Source: Oligoflexia bacterium (GTDB taxonomy: Bacteria > Bdellovibrionota > UBA1018 > CAIPTA01). From it: a stretch of DNA of 64,000 nucleotides. The stretch lies in the NCBI GenBank assembly GCA_023954355.1, contig JAMLID010000002.1:1130-65129 (forward strand). Reading direction: 5' to 3'. Both the position numbers and the translations under genes were made by a program. The notes under the pieces were generated by a model. That model was not told where the DNA came from and searched no databases. It saw nothing but the letters and a program-made list of their open reading frames with translations. Positions 1-9,639 of this stretch are shown here, piece after piece. Each line of letters opens with the position of its first letter. Within the stretch, counting starts at the first letter, position 1.

Positions 1-234
1 TTTTTTAAGCAATGGAATGAATCAGTAAGCTCAAAACTATGGGGTGAGTTTGTTCCTAACTTTACTGTATCTAAGCAGTGGCTATTTAATTCAGAGGCCT
101 CGTTATCTGTGATGATGAACTCTATTTTGTCTCTAAAGACAGCGTATCTTTTAAAGTATAGTAATGAACCGTCTATTGTAGGTGCAAAAAAGACAGACTC
201 AGTTTTTACCACCTCATTAGTTGCTAAATTTTAA
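1..234 (+). CDS. Hypothetical protein, C-terminal 77 codons only (5-prime end lies outside the window)
   Basis: Open frame from the window edge (frame 1) to a TAA at 232-234. A rho-independent terminator follows directly. No recognisable motif. Confidence 0.3.
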   Translation, partial: FFKQWNESVSSKLWGEFVPNFTVSKQWLFNSEASLSVMMNSILSLKTAYLLKYSNEPSIVGAKKTDSVFTTSLVAKF

Positions 235-249
235 TATCTGTATCTACGC

Positions 250-289
250 ACGGTCTGTGCGATTCATTTGCTCAGACCGTTCTTTTTAT
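250..289 (+). terminator. Rho-independent terminator after the edge-truncated gene
   Basis: Inverted repeat acggtctg (250-257) and cagaccgt (274-281), followed by TCTTTTTAT. Confidence 0.45.
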
Positions 290-350
290 TCATCACTTTG
301 CTTTTCGAAGCTTTATTATTCGCTATTCTATTTTTGATGGAGGTAATGAA

Positions 351-425
351 ATGTTTCGTTGGTTATTGCTTGTTTTATTAGCCTTAGGTGTGAGCTTACA
401 AGTGGCATATTCATGTGGGCTTTGA
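351..425 (+). CDS. Candidate small ORF, 24 aa (MFRWLLLVLLALGVSLQVAYSCGL), single hydrophobic helix
   Basis: ATG at 351 preceded by GGAGGT with 7-nt spacing, TGA at 423-425. Below the ORF-track length cutoff. No homology can be recognised. Confidence 0.25.
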   Translation: MFRWLLLVLLALGVSLQVAYSCGL

Positions 426-432
426 TTAAAAG

Positions 433-1161
433 TTAACGCTTGAATAAACCGGTTTCTATATTTTTTTTAAAGCCCATTTTTTCAGACTGAGAAATAGATA
501 TTTTGATTTTTTCTAAATCATCTTCAAAAAGATTAGTGAGAAAATAAAAATCATTTTTGTGAACTAAATAAGTTCCCTCTAATATATAATCGTTATCAAA
601 TGTTGATTTAGGGTTTTGTATCATGACCTTGCCTGGAGAAAATAGAGTAGCGATATTCTCATGAGTTTTGAAGAAAACAACTTTGTGTATGCCTCTATAA
701 AAGTTTCCGCACTGATCTTGGTAGGTGTCTGATATAAATGTTTCTGTTAAGTAGTCGGCTTTCATGCAAGGCAATTGACCATTTTTGTTTTTAAATTTTC
801 CACCAATGGTACATGCTTCATCGTTTGCATTGAGTCTGAAGTGATCGTACTGACCGATTTTGGTGCTATGGTAAAGTTTAGTTGTCATTTGGGGGTGTGT
901 AGGTGCAAGGTATTCATTTTCGCAGCTTAGAGGAATAATATTCATTTCAGAAATTTCTAGATTGCTTGTGTTTAAATGTCTTTTTTCTACCCAACCTTTA
1001 AAGGCAAAACTATTAGGTACGTTATCTGAAGCAATGCCGCGGTTGCCATGATCACTTATTAAATCGAGTCTACTGCAAGCTGTAAACATCATTAGAGCTA
1101 GTGCGATAGAGAGAGTAAAAAAATATTTTTTTCTCATATAGTTTTTTTCGGAATTTTTCAC
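433..1161 (-). CDS. Hypothetical lipoprotein (signal peptide with FTAC lipobox)
   Basis: N-terminal hydrophobic segment followed by a Cys. Otherwise no recognised domain. Confidence 0.5.
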   Translation of the reverse strand: MKNSEKNYMRKKYFFTLSIALALMMFTACSRLDLISDHGNRGIASDNVPNSFAFKGWVEKRHLNTSNLEISEMNIIPLSCENEYLAPTHPQMTTKLYHSTKIGQYDHFRLNANDEACTIGGKFKNKNGQLPCMKADYLTETFISDTYQDQCGNFYRGIHKVVFFKTHENIATLFSPGKVMIQNPKSTFDNDYILEGTYLVHKNDFYFLTNLFEDDLEKIKISISQSEKMGFKKNIETGLFKR

Positions 1162-1191
1162 AAAATGGTTTAGTTTTATCTAAACCGTTTT

Positions 1192-1626
1192 GTGGGAGGT
1201 ATTTTGGCTAAGTGGTGGGAAAAGGGTATTCAGTTCGAGTGTCAAGGCTCTGGTCGTTGTTGTGTATCAAGAGGGGAATACGGCTATGTTTATCTTACGT
1301 TGGAAGACCGCAGGCGTTTTGCTAAATATTTCAAAATAACCACAAGAGCGTTTACAAAAGAATTTTGTGAGAAAGAAGATGGAATCTGGAAGTTAAAAGA
1401 GTTTAAAAAAAGCTGTCGTTTTCTGGAGAGTAAAAAATGCTCTGTTTATGAGGCTAGGCCAACGCAGTGTAGAACATGGCCTTTTTGGCCAGAAAACATG
1501 ACCCCTAGAGCTTGGGATAAAGAGGTTAGATCTTATTGTCCTGGAGTCAATAAAGGTAGGGTATGGCAAGCTAAAGAAATTCAAGGGCTTATTCGTAAGC
1601 AGGCCAAGTCTGAAGAAAAATATTAA
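1192..1626 (+). CDS. YkgJ-family cysteine-cluster protein (UPF0153, putative Fe-S/Zn binding)
   Basis: Motifs CQGSGRCC near the N-terminus and CRFL..KCSVYEARPTQCRTWPFWP. GTG start. Confidence 0.6.
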   Translation: MGGILAKWWEKGIQFECQGSGRCCVSRGEYGYVYLTLEDRRRFAKYFKITTRAFTKEFCEKEDGIWKLKEFKKSCRFLESKKCSVYEARPTQCRTWPFWPENMTPRAWDKEVRSYCPGVNKGRVWQAKEIQGLIRKQAKSEEKY

Positions 1627-1706
1627 TTAAATCAAATGTTTAAACCTCGCTCTTAAAATTAAAGAGACATACTAAAATAGTCGATAAAGCACTTAGGGGG
1701 TTTGAA

Positions 1707-2342
1707 ATGGTACGACTATTTTTATTTTTTGTTTTAGCGGTATCTCTTATTCAAACAGATACTATTTATGCCCAAGACAGTGGTTCTGAAGGGGGTTATG
1801 ATAATGGAACACCTATTTACTATGACCCTAGTCCAAGCCAAGTGCAGACGGTTAATACTGGTGGTGGAGATGCACAGGTTACGGGTTGGATAGATTTTTT
1901 TAAAAGAAAAAAGCGTAAAGCTAAAGATTGTAGTCAGGCAAAGTGTAATATGATTGGTATCGCTTGTCAGCAGGGGTATACATTGACTTGGGAAAAATCT
2001 TCGAACGAATGTTGTGCTAAGCCAGTTTGTAAGCCAACGAACTGTTCTATGATTTCTTGTGTAATGGGGAATATAAGTTGTGGTGATGATGAAGAAGTAG
2101 TCACGTTGCCGCCCAAGCCAGGGTCATGTTGTAGTACTCATGTGTGTAGAAAGAAAAGAGATGATGTAGGTTGTCCTGCAATGATGCCTGCTCTACGAAA
2201 ATGTGAAAATGGTCAAGACGCGATTATGATTGTGAAGCCTCGTAGAGGAAATGAAAATTGTCCTTCTTATATGCAGGTTTGCGCTGAGGATAGCTGTTTT
2301 ACTCCTCAACAATTGGCTGGATATGGTTCCGACATTGAATAA
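1707..2342 (+). CDS. Secreted cysteine-rich hypothetical protein (about 24 Cys after the signal peptide)
   Basis: Signal peptide MVRLFLFFVLAVSLIQTDTIYAQ. Repeated CxxxxC spacing. Confidence 0.5.
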   Translation: MVRLFLFFVLAVSLIQTDTIYAQDSGSEGGYDNGTPIYYDPSPSQVQTVNTGGGDAQVTGWIDFFKRKKRKAKDCSQAKCNMIGIACQQGYTLTWEKSSNECCAKPVCKPTNCSMISCVMGNISCGDDEEVVTLPPKPGSCCSTHVCRKKRDDVGCPAMMPALRKCENGQDAIMIVKPRRGNENCPSYMQVCAEDSCFTPQQLAGYGSDIE

Positions 2343-2479
2343 TGTACTATTGCCATATAAGCAGGGAACTTCAGTGAATACGATAAATGGTAGTAATGGT
2401 GGCCAAGGCGACTAATTTTATTATTGCTGAAGCTATAAAATAAAAAAGCCTCACTCAAAATAGTGAGGCTTTTTCTTTT

Positions 2480-3337
2480 TTAAAGGTGATTGTGGTCGTG
2501 GCTCTTATCTTGGTGGGGGTCTTGTTCTATAGCTACTGCAAGTGTACCAACATCTTTAGTGATATCGTAGGCATTAAATGGGTCGTCTTTTAAGTCTTCA
2601 GCGCTCATTACTTTTATCCAGGCAACATAGCCTCCAGGCAGGTTCCACTGGGAGAAGTCAGGTCGCTCAAATGTAGGCTTGCCTAGTGAAGCTCCGAAGG
2701 TTTCTTCTAATAGCTTAGTAGCGATTTCTTTACTGTCTTTGGCTGGTCGTATATTGAAAGAGGTGTGCTGTGCTAGGGCTTCTTGGTTTTCTTCTTGGAA
2801 AACTTGCGAATGAAAATTTGTAATTCCATCTAGAGTATTTTCTGTTCTTGTGATGACTAGTTTACCTGTATCAGGATTGAAGTCTTGCGCTACAATTGGT
2901 TTAAGTCCTAGTTTTTTTAAGTTTTGTAATAGACGTGCGGGCTGAAAGTTTTTGCCAATACTTTCTTTTAAAGCGAATTTTAAAATGTCTCTTGCAGATT
3001 GAATTTCTTTTTTTTCTAGCCTAGGTGTTTGCTCGATGGCGAGTAATCCACTTTCATTAAGAGGTTGGTTTGAGTATTTTGCTAAGGCAGGGTTTTTTTG
3101 CTGTTTATTACTCTGTTTGGCCTGTTCGTTTGACTGTTCGCTTTCATCATTTGAGTGATTTGATGAAAGACTAGAAGCAGGTGTATCGGATGAATCATTA
3201 TAAGAGGAGAGTTGTTGGTCCTCAGCGCTCTCAGTGCCAGAAATAAATGAAGGCTTTTGATTTGAAGTATATAGGAAAGTTCCTACACCAAGAATCAAAA
3301 GCCCAACAAATCCCAAAATCCATTTCATCATAAACAC
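2480..3337 (-). CDS. Membrane-anchored hypothetical protein with Ser/Gln-rich low-complexity linker
   Basis: N-terminal TM helix. Terminator-like hairpin downstream at about 2440-2475. Confidence 0.45.
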   Translation of the reverse strand: MFMMKWILGFVGLLILGVGTFLYTSNQKPSFISGTESAEDQQLSSYNDSSDTPASSLSSNHSNDESEQSNEQAKQSNKQQKNPALAKYSNQPLNESGLLAIEQTPRLEKKEIQSARDILKFALKESIGKNFQPARLLQNLKKLGLKPIVAQDFNPDTGKLVITRTENTLDGITNFHSQVFQEENQEALAQHTSFNIRPAKDSKEIATKLLEETFGASLGKPTFERPDFSQWNLPGGYVAWIKVMSAEDLKDDPFNAYDITKDVGTLAVAIEQDPHQDKSHDHNHL

Positions 3338-3360
3338 ATCCTTGTGCTTTAGTTGTACGT

Positions 3361-4257
3361 TTACTTACGAATTTTAAACTTATTATCGTACCATTTTAAC
3401 AGATAAGAAGTAGGATTCATAAGATCTCTTCTTCTTTGGTATTTATTTCCCTTTTGAGAAAGAGCACCTTTAGCCGCTCCACTGTATAATTCGAAGTGTA
3501 GCATAGGATTACAACAGCCAGAATTTACTTTACCGATATATCCTACGGTTTGACCGGCTTTCACTGCTTTGCCACCAGAAATTCCGCTAGCGCGTTTTCC
3601 TGTAAGCTCACCGTAGCGTACGATGAATCCTCCGCTATGCTTAACTTCCACTGCGAAAGTTCCTTGATAAAACTTGTATGGGTTTCGTATCACTGTGCCA
3701 GGGGCTACAGATACTGCTGCTTCGTTTTTGACTCTATATAAGTCACAGGCAGCGTGCACTCGTCTTCCTTTACTGCGTCTTGCTCCAAATGCTCTTTGAG
3801 CAGAAGTAAAGGTATGAGTTACTGGTTTAATTGTCGGGAACTCACAGCACTCTTTATCGTTTAGTCCTGAAATATTTGTGGATACTTCACGAACCTCTTC
3901 CTTTTCTTCTGATATTTTTTGTCTACAATCTGCTCCAGATTTTACGAATTGTTCTGGTATCCATGCAATGTCTTTCCCTTCATCTCGGTAAGGAAACTGA
4001 ACTTTGATAAAAGTATATTTTGTACTGCCTAGTTTTTTTGTTTTTTTATCAGTTTGAAAGAGCTTAAGTTGCTCAAAATTTTCTGCACTAAAAAGCACTT
4101 TTTTAAGACTTTCGTCACGTACTTTAATTGTGCCAGAGTTTAAGCATACCATATGGTCGTAGCTACCACGAATAAGAGGGCTTGGTTCTGCGTATGCGCT
4201 AAGAGCGAATAGCGAGCCTGTTATAAGCGATGCCGTTGCTAATTTGATTGGTTTCAT
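3361..4257 (-). CDS. M23-family (LytM-like) peptidase-domain protein, secreted
   Basis: Signal peptide. HAACD (HxxxD) and a C-terminal GxxxxVGYIGKVNSGCCNPMLHFELY block resembling the M23 GPHLHFE region, but with Met in place of the first His. Confidence 0.65.
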   Translation of the reverse strand: MKPIKLATASLITGSLFALSAYAEPSPLIRGSYDHMVCLNSGTIKVRDESLKKVLFSAENFEQLKLFQTDKKTKKLGSTKYTFIKVQFPYRDEGKDIAWIPEQFVKSGADCRQKISEEKEEVREVSTNISGLNDKECCEFPTIKPVTHTFTSAQRAFGARRSKGRRVHAACDLYRVKNEAAVSVAPGTVIRNPYKFYQGTFAVEVKHSGGFIVRYGELTGKRASGISGGKAVKAGQTVGYIGKVNSGCCNPMLHFELYSGAAKGALSQKGNKYQRRRDLMNPTSYLLKWYDNKFKIRK

Positions 4258-4389
4258 CTTTACTTCTCCGTAATACGATTTTGGTCGTCGTAATAGGCGG
4301 CCGGGGTGTAATTTATTAAAATAGTCAGGTATTGTAAAGTAAAAAAGTCAAGAACTATAAAATATTGATATTAAAGGATTTTTAATTAA

Positions 4390-4953
4390 TTATTGGCAGT
4401 AATTTTCTTCTTGAAAGTATTGTCGGCAGAGCGTTTGTGGGGTTCGGCAATCATTTAAGTTTCGTGAAAAATAGGTTCTTTGGTAGCGGCAGGTATTTGC
4501 TTCTCCTTCACGTACACGAACCGTAATTCTGCCCTTTGAAAGGGTTTTCCAATCTCTATCATGAAGTTCAAAATCTATTTTATTGTCTCCCATGGCTAAT
4601 AGAGGGGTTTGTAAAAGTGTGGAAATCCACAAGTTTAAGGGAGAGCTTGATTGGCCTTCTTTTCCTTTATAAGGCACTTTTTTATAGATTTGTTTGCCGC
4701 TTTCTTGGGTAGAGAGCACTTCTAGTTTTGTGCCGGCTTTATACTTACCTGCTAGAAAATAATCTGACTCTACCGGATTTAAAATCTGATCTTGGCAATG
4801 AACATACACAGATTCTCTTCTGTTTTCAAAAGGGTCTTCACAGTAGATGGTGATAGCACCGTAGATATTGTGGGCTGTAAACGAATTGCCACTAGAAAAA
4901 CCAGCAGATAAAGCTAAAGTCGATAGAAAGAGTGTAATAATACTACCAGGCAT
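4390..4953 (-). CDS. Secreted hypothetical protein
   Basis: Signal peptide. No recognised motif. Confidence 0.45.
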   Translation of the reverse strand: MPGSIITLFLSTLALSAGFSSGNSFTAHNIYGAITIYCEDPFENRRESVYVHCQDQILNPVESDYFLAGKYKAGTKLEVLSTQESGKQIYKKVPYKGKEGQSSSPLNLWISTLLQTPLLAMGDNKIDFELHDRDWKTLSKGRITVRVREGEANTCRYQRTYFSRNLNDCRTPQTLCRQYFQEENYCQ

Positions 4954-5113
4954 AAGATTATTTTTTACTAAATATTTTCTATAGGCAAGCTATTATAAGT
5001 ATTAGGTAGGTAACTTTTTAGCGCTACTATTTTTGTAGATAGTTTTTTAGTGTACTTTGAAAAAAAATTTCGAGATGTGATTGTAACTAAAATTTAATGT
5101 ACACTAAAGGCCG

Positions 5114-5497
5114 ATGAAGCTATTTTTTTTATTTATCAGTTTTCTAGTTTCTTCTTCAATAGCGTTTTCTAGTAGGCCATATTCTATTGGTTGTAAGTCT
5201 AAAATTGAAATTAAAAAAATTGAGCGAATCTCTGAAGTAACAGGAAACGGAGCTACGGTTTTTTTGTGGGTAAATGTTTTTGAATCTTCATGTAAAGAAT
5301 TAATTGGAAATAAGAGTGTTATGTTTTACTGGGATCCTGTTGCTAGGTTTAGGCATCGATTAGAAAAACTGAAGCAGTCGAATAAAGAGATTAGCGAGCT
5401 AGGAGTTTTTGAAGAAGGACGCAAGTTAGATGTTGTTATGGATTCATACGATCATGTTTTAAGTGAGATTAATGGGCTGAAATTGCCTAGCCCATAA
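5114..5497 (+). CDS. Secreted hypothetical protein
   Basis: Signal peptide MKLFFLFISFLVSSSIAFS. Confidence 0.4.
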   Translation: MKLFFLFISFLVSSSIAFSSRPYSIGCKSKIEIKKIERISEVTGNGATVFLWVNVFESSCKELIGNKSVMFYWDPVARFRHRLEKLKQSNKEISELGVFEEGRKLDVVMDSYDHVLSEINGLKLPSP

Positions 5498-5526
5498 TAA
5501 GCTGATGATTATTTTTATAATGATTT

Positions 5527-5763
5527 ATGAAGTATATTATTCTTAGTTTCATTTTTTTCTCAACGAGTGCATTTGCTAAAACTACAGATTGTAAATGCAC
5601 CTGTGTAACGAAAAGCGCTGACGGAAAATATCAAACCGAAAGCGGATCGGGCAAAACACGTGAAATTGCAGGGGAAAAGCTCAAAAAAGCACTTGGTGAT
5701 AGAAAATGTGAAATACCCCATCTTGTGAAGGTAAGTGTACTTTGGATTAAATATGTTCTCTAG
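5527..5763 (+). CDS. Small secreted Cys-containing hypothetical protein (78 aa)
   Basis: Signal peptide. CKCTCVTK motif. Confidence 0.3.
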   Translation: MKYIILSFIFFSTSAFAKTTDCKCTCVTKSADGKYQTESGSGKTREIAGEKLKKALGDRKCEIPHLVKVSVLWIKYVL

Positions 5764-5792
5764 AGGCACATTTAAAAGTCCGATAAGTATAT

Positions 5793-6818
5793 ATGAGCTA
5801 TTTTATTGTATGCTTTTTCTTGTTTTTTTGTTTTTGGCATCCGAGCCAATGCTTTGCTCTTGCTCCTAAAGTAAACTCAAAAGAAGCTTCTGATCCGTAT
5901 AGAGAGTTTCTTCGCCGTAAGTTTCCCAAATATTATCAAATTGATCTTGCTCTTGAAAAGTCTGGATCTAATCGTGTCGCCGAACTTTTTCAAAATGCAA
6001 AAAAGTTTTGTGATATGTCAGAGATACAAAAATCTCGTTTTACTAGAAATCAATATTTTGATGTGTGGCAAAACACCCTAGATCCAAATTTATTTTTCAT
6101 GACCTTTAAAAAGAAAGAATATATGTTTCTCATGTGGGATAGGCTTTCTGAATTTGGGGAAGATTATCACTTAGGGCGACCAATAAAGAAATCGCCTCTC
6201 ACTCATGAATTTGAGTTCACAGAAGGGCTGTTTATCACGGGCTCTGAAATTGCCGGATTTTTCAATTTATTGAATGAAAGAAAATACAAACCAACAGCTT
6301 TTGAATTGTCTTTGGCAGAGGGCTTACTAAAGACGGGTAATCTCAAATTCGATGGATCAAAATATTCTATGCCTGGATTGTTCGCAGTCGCAATGCTCTA
6401 TGACCAAGCTCCTTATTCTACAATTGAGCATGAAATTAACCACGCTGTGATGAATAATACTCCTCGTTATGCAGCTCAGGCGCGAGCAGTTTTTGGCACT
6501 CTAACTGATGAGGACAAAAAATTAGTAAGCGGAGTACTAGGTACGCTCTCTAATGCAGATCTTAAAGAAGATGCTAATACCTTCTACTATGAATTCACCG
6601 CGTATTTTCGTGACCCAGAGGCTATGGTGAAAGAATATGGAAACGAATTTAACTTTAGACGAGAGCCCAATATAGCATCACGGCTTCAAAGCATTAAACG
6701 CAGACTAAGAGAATTAGAAGAGCCGATTCCTGTGATTATTGGCTGTGGTAAAGAAAATCCAAATGCCAAGGCCTTAGACCCAAGTTGGGTTCCGGAGACA
6801 CCTTCACTGGAACGTTGA
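5793..6818 (+). CDS. Secreted hypothetical protein with HExxH motif (possible zinc metallopeptidase)
   Basis: Signal peptide. HEINHAVM matches HExxH. Confidence 0.45.
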   Translation: MSYFIVCFFLFFCFWHPSQCFALAPKVNSKEASDPYREFLRRKFPKYYQIDLALEKSGSNRVAELFQNAKKFCDMSEIQKSRFTRNQYFDVWQNTLDPNLFFMTFKKKEYMFLMWDRLSEFGEDYHLGRPIKKSPLTHEFEFTEGLFITGSEIAGFFNLLNERKYKPTAFELSLAEGLLKTGNLKFDGSKYSMPGLFAVAMLYDQAPYSTIEHEINHAVMNNTPRYAAQARAVFGTLTDEDKKLVSGVLGTLSNADLKEDANTFYYEFTAYFRDPEAMVKEYGNEFNFRREPNIASRLQSIKRRLRELEEPIPVIIGCGKENPNAKALDPSWVPETPSLER

Positions 6819-7076
6819 AAAACTATCGAATCATATAGACACTACTTATAGACAAAAAACTGTTCCTATGCCTGGTGAAGGGAGCTATATTGCGCAATTC
6901 AAAAAGTGCATGAAGCTAGCTGAAAAAACGCACATGAAACCTTTAGCATTAATTTTTAAATTCAAATACTTACATGATATTTGCGCAAGATAGCCGGCGA
7001 AAGCTTATAATTCTTGCTTGCAATTTATAACGAGACTACAGAAACTTAAATGGTTGTAAATTAACTAGGAGTTTGT

Positions 7077-7964
7077 GTGAAAGATAATTTTTTGTGTATT
7101 TTTATTCTAGCTTTACTATTTGTATCTCAAGCATGTTTTGCCTCTCATCGCTCTAATACTAGCCGTTATTCTGGCTATATTGTAATTGCAAATAGTAATA
7201 ACCAATCCGTTTCTTTGTTAAATCCTAAGTTTGAGTTTGTTCGACAGCTTTTAGCATTGGATGGGACAAGCACAGATACTCCAGAAGGGATTACAAGCTT
7301 TGATCAAAATAACATCCTTGTTGCAATTGATGGAATAGACAGAATAGTAAAGGTAAATCTTGATACATTAGATGAAAGTATTTTTCATATGAATATTGGC
7401 CTAAGTGGAAACATAAGAAATGTAACACAGCTAAGGTCAGGGGATTTTTTGGTCGTGGAGTCGAATAATGTCGAGCGATTTGACAATCAGGGAAATCGAG
7501 TTGGCATAGACTGGCCTAAACCACTTCAGAGTATTGCCGGTGGTATGGATAATCTTAAGAATCATGATGGATTTGTTTTATGTTCTAGATATTCTGCGGC
7601 TAAAATTGCAAGCTACAACGAAGATGGGGCAATGTTAGCATTTTCCAATTCTGATATCCCGGGAACTAAAGACGTGACTGATTGTGCTGGGGCTGAGGAC
7701 GGAAGAATTGCGGCGGCATTTAGCGGCTTAAAAGATACGATACGTATTTACAAAAATGCTAGCCTCAGCGAAGTTGAGTGTGATTTCCACAATCCTACGA
7801 TTATGGCGGGCCCATCTGCAATTGCTTTCCTAAAGTCAGGGAATCTTATGGTTGCCGATAATACCAACAACCTATTTATTGAAATAGATAAAAGCTGTAA
7901 GTTGAAAAGAAGATTTTCATCACATATTCATTCAGGAGTAACAGATCTTTTTGTAATTCCCTAG
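7077..7964 (+). CDS. Secreted hypothetical protein (repeat or beta-propeller-like)
   Basis: Signal peptide. No motif recognised. Confidence 0.45.
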   Translation: MKDNFLCIFILALLFVSQACFASHRSNTSRYSGYIVIANSNNQSVSLLNPKFEFVRQLLALDGTSTDTPEGITSFDQNNILVAIDGIDRIVKVNLDTLDESIFHMNIGLSGNIRNVTQLRSGDFLVVESNNVERFDNQGNRVGIDWPKPLQSIAGGMDNLKNHDGFVLCSRYSAAKIASYNEDGAMLAFSNSDIPGTKDVTDCAGAEDGRIAAAFSGLKDTIRIYKNASLSEVECDFHNPTIMAGPSAIAFLKSGNLMVADNTNNLFIEIDKSCKLKRRFSSHIHSGVTDLFVIP

Positions 7965-8089
7965 TGGATGCTAGGCTAGAGCCTTGCTCGCTCACCTTCG
8001 GAGTAACGGTCTTCGCAAGCAATCTCATAGAAATCGCTTCTGCCCCCTGTAATGGTGGAGAGCCTTCGGCTCTCCTTTAGATCCACGAA

Positions 8090-8127
8090 AACACAAAACC
8101 CCCGCTTGACAGCGAGGGTTTTGGTTT
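8090..8127. terminator. Hairpin plus T-tract, related in sequence to the terminator downstream of tRNA-Ala
   Basis: acaaaacccccgcttgacagcgagggttttggttt versus acaaaactctcgctgtcaagcgagggttttagttttt at 9865-9905. Confidence 0.4.
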
Positions 8128-8165
8128 ATTGGTGGAGGCTGTCCGAGTAAAGTCGAACAAACCGG
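8128..8165 (-). other. Degenerate tRNA-3-prime-end-like segment (partial similarity to the acceptor and T-arm of the tRNA-Ala at 9906-9981)
   Basis: The tggtgga..gag..gtcgaac core is shared with tRNA-Ala. I could not fold a T-arm, so it is not called as a gene. Confidence 0.25.
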
Positions 8166-8341
8166 AGTGCTCTATGTATCGAAAATACAGGGGGCTTCTT
8201 GGACTAGGAAATACGATAGACCTGCCTGAGCTGGCAAGACTTAGGTAAGTAGAACGATTATCAAAAGACATAAGGCCACGAACGGCAGTAGCATGCTTCA
8301 GAATTTTTTTAGCATAATCTCCAACAAGATTTTTCTTCCTA

Positions 8342-9517
8342 TTAGCCCATCTTTCCGTCGACGCGTTGACTCCAAAGAAATGGCCCATAAACAAACAAAA
8401 AGATACCGAATGCTAAGAACCATAAAACACCAGAGACAATGACAATACTTACATACTTATTAGGAAGTAAGAGAGGTAGAAAAACTCTGATAAGAGCAGC
8501 CAAAGATATTAAAACATACCCGAGAATAGTAAAATTGCTTGCTTGAATTTTTCTCCCCGTATGCCCAAGCGTCACTCTAGTGATCATGCCATAAATCATT
8601 ATTCCTACTGCGCCAACCGTAAAAGCATGAGTAGCTATACTTGCTGGAATGAGCCCAAGAGCGGCAAGTCCTTTTAAAAAAAGTGCTCCAGGAATCCAAG
8701 CGTAAGCAAAGTAGAGTATAAATAATATCGGAATTTTTATAGTCCTCAGCGGACACCAAAAGAACCATCGTAAAAAATGGATAGCCGCAACAGTAAAAGC
8801 CAAACCTGCAGTTACCATAGAAAATTCGAATGCTAATGCTGAAACAGCAAATGTCGATAAACCTAGAATACTTGCCAAATCGAGCCAAAGGTTATTTTCG
8901 ATTTTTTTTTCTGGCAATACTACATTGCTAAAAAAAGGAAGAACCCTTCCAGAAATTAAACTTATTATAATGATTATTAAATACAAGGCCCCAAGCAAAA
9001 CTGACTTCGCCGGAAAGGAGTAAGAATAAATAATATTTAAATGAAATAAAAAATTAAATAAAAATAAGATTCCAAATAATAAGAAAAAAAACTTATTCTT
9101 GCTTTGTTTTTTATTCCACAAAAATGGCAATAGATAAAAACAAAGCAGGGGATAAAAAGTTAAATCGATAAACGCAAAAACAAACGGCAATTGAATCCAA
9201 AAAAAAGCAAGCACCCTGGCTAACAGCCAAATAAAGACCAATATTTTTAACGGCGCACCTTTAAGTCCAGGAAGACCCGACCAATTCTGGCTTGCTGTTA
9301 GAATAAAACCTGCGATTATGGCGGTAGCGAAACCAAAAATCATTTCGTGAGCATGCCAAGCTATTAGATCACTTAAAGGCACAAAGTGAATCCATTGAGC
9401 ATAAATTAGGAGCCAAACAAAAATTTGTAGACAAGCCCAGATGGCTCCCAATAAGAAAAATGGACGAAATCCCAAGTTAAAAAGATTTTTCATAAACAAT
9501 CTATTCTTTCCAAGCAA
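8342..9517 (-). CDS. nnrS: NnrS-family polytopic membrane protein (NO-response associated)
   Basis: N-terminal GFRPFFLLGAIWA...HAHEMIFGF...AGFILTA pattern typical of NnrS. About 12 TM helices. Confidence 0.55.
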   Translation of the reverse strand: MLGKNRLFMKNLFNLGFRPFFLLGAIWACLQIFVWLLIYAQWIHFVPLSDLIAWHAHEMIFGFATAIIAGFILTASQNWSGLPGLKGAPLKILVFIWLLARVLAFFWIQLPFVFAFIDLTFYPLLCFYLLPFLWNKKQSKNKFFFLLFGILFLFNFLFHLNIIYSYSFPAKSVLLGALYLIIIIISLISGRVLPFFSNVVLPEKKIENNLWLDLASILGLSTFAVSALAFEFSMVTAGLAFTVAAIHFLRWFFWCPLRTIKIPILFILYFAYAWIPGALFLKGLAALGLIPASIATHAFTVGAVGIMIYGMITRVTLGHTGRKIQASNFTILGYVLISLAALIRVFLPLLLPNKYVSIVIVSGVLWFLAFGIFLFVYGPFLWSQRVDGKMG

Positions 9518-9582
9518 AGGGGCTCAGTTTTCAGCGATATACTCTAAGGCTTTTTAACCCAAGACATACACCATGCTTGTCC

Positions 9583-9639
9583 CTTTACCTCTTCAAACAA
9601 CCTTCTTAAGCAACCACCCACTGCGAACCTAGAAGAACC
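9583..9639. repeat. 57-bp direct repeat, copy A
   Basis: Exact 57/57 match to 9776-9832 (ctttacctcttcaaacaaccttcttaagcaaccacccactgcgaacctagaagaacc). Confidence 0.9.

Noticed and set aside
8077-8394. 105-aa minus-strand ORF in the intergenic region, considered as a gene or as a tmRNA tag-encoding region
   Set aside because: Low-complexity translation. It overlaps the start region of the nnrS-like gene and the tRNA-like remnant. No tmRNA tag frame ending in a stop and no tRNA-like T-arm could be found.
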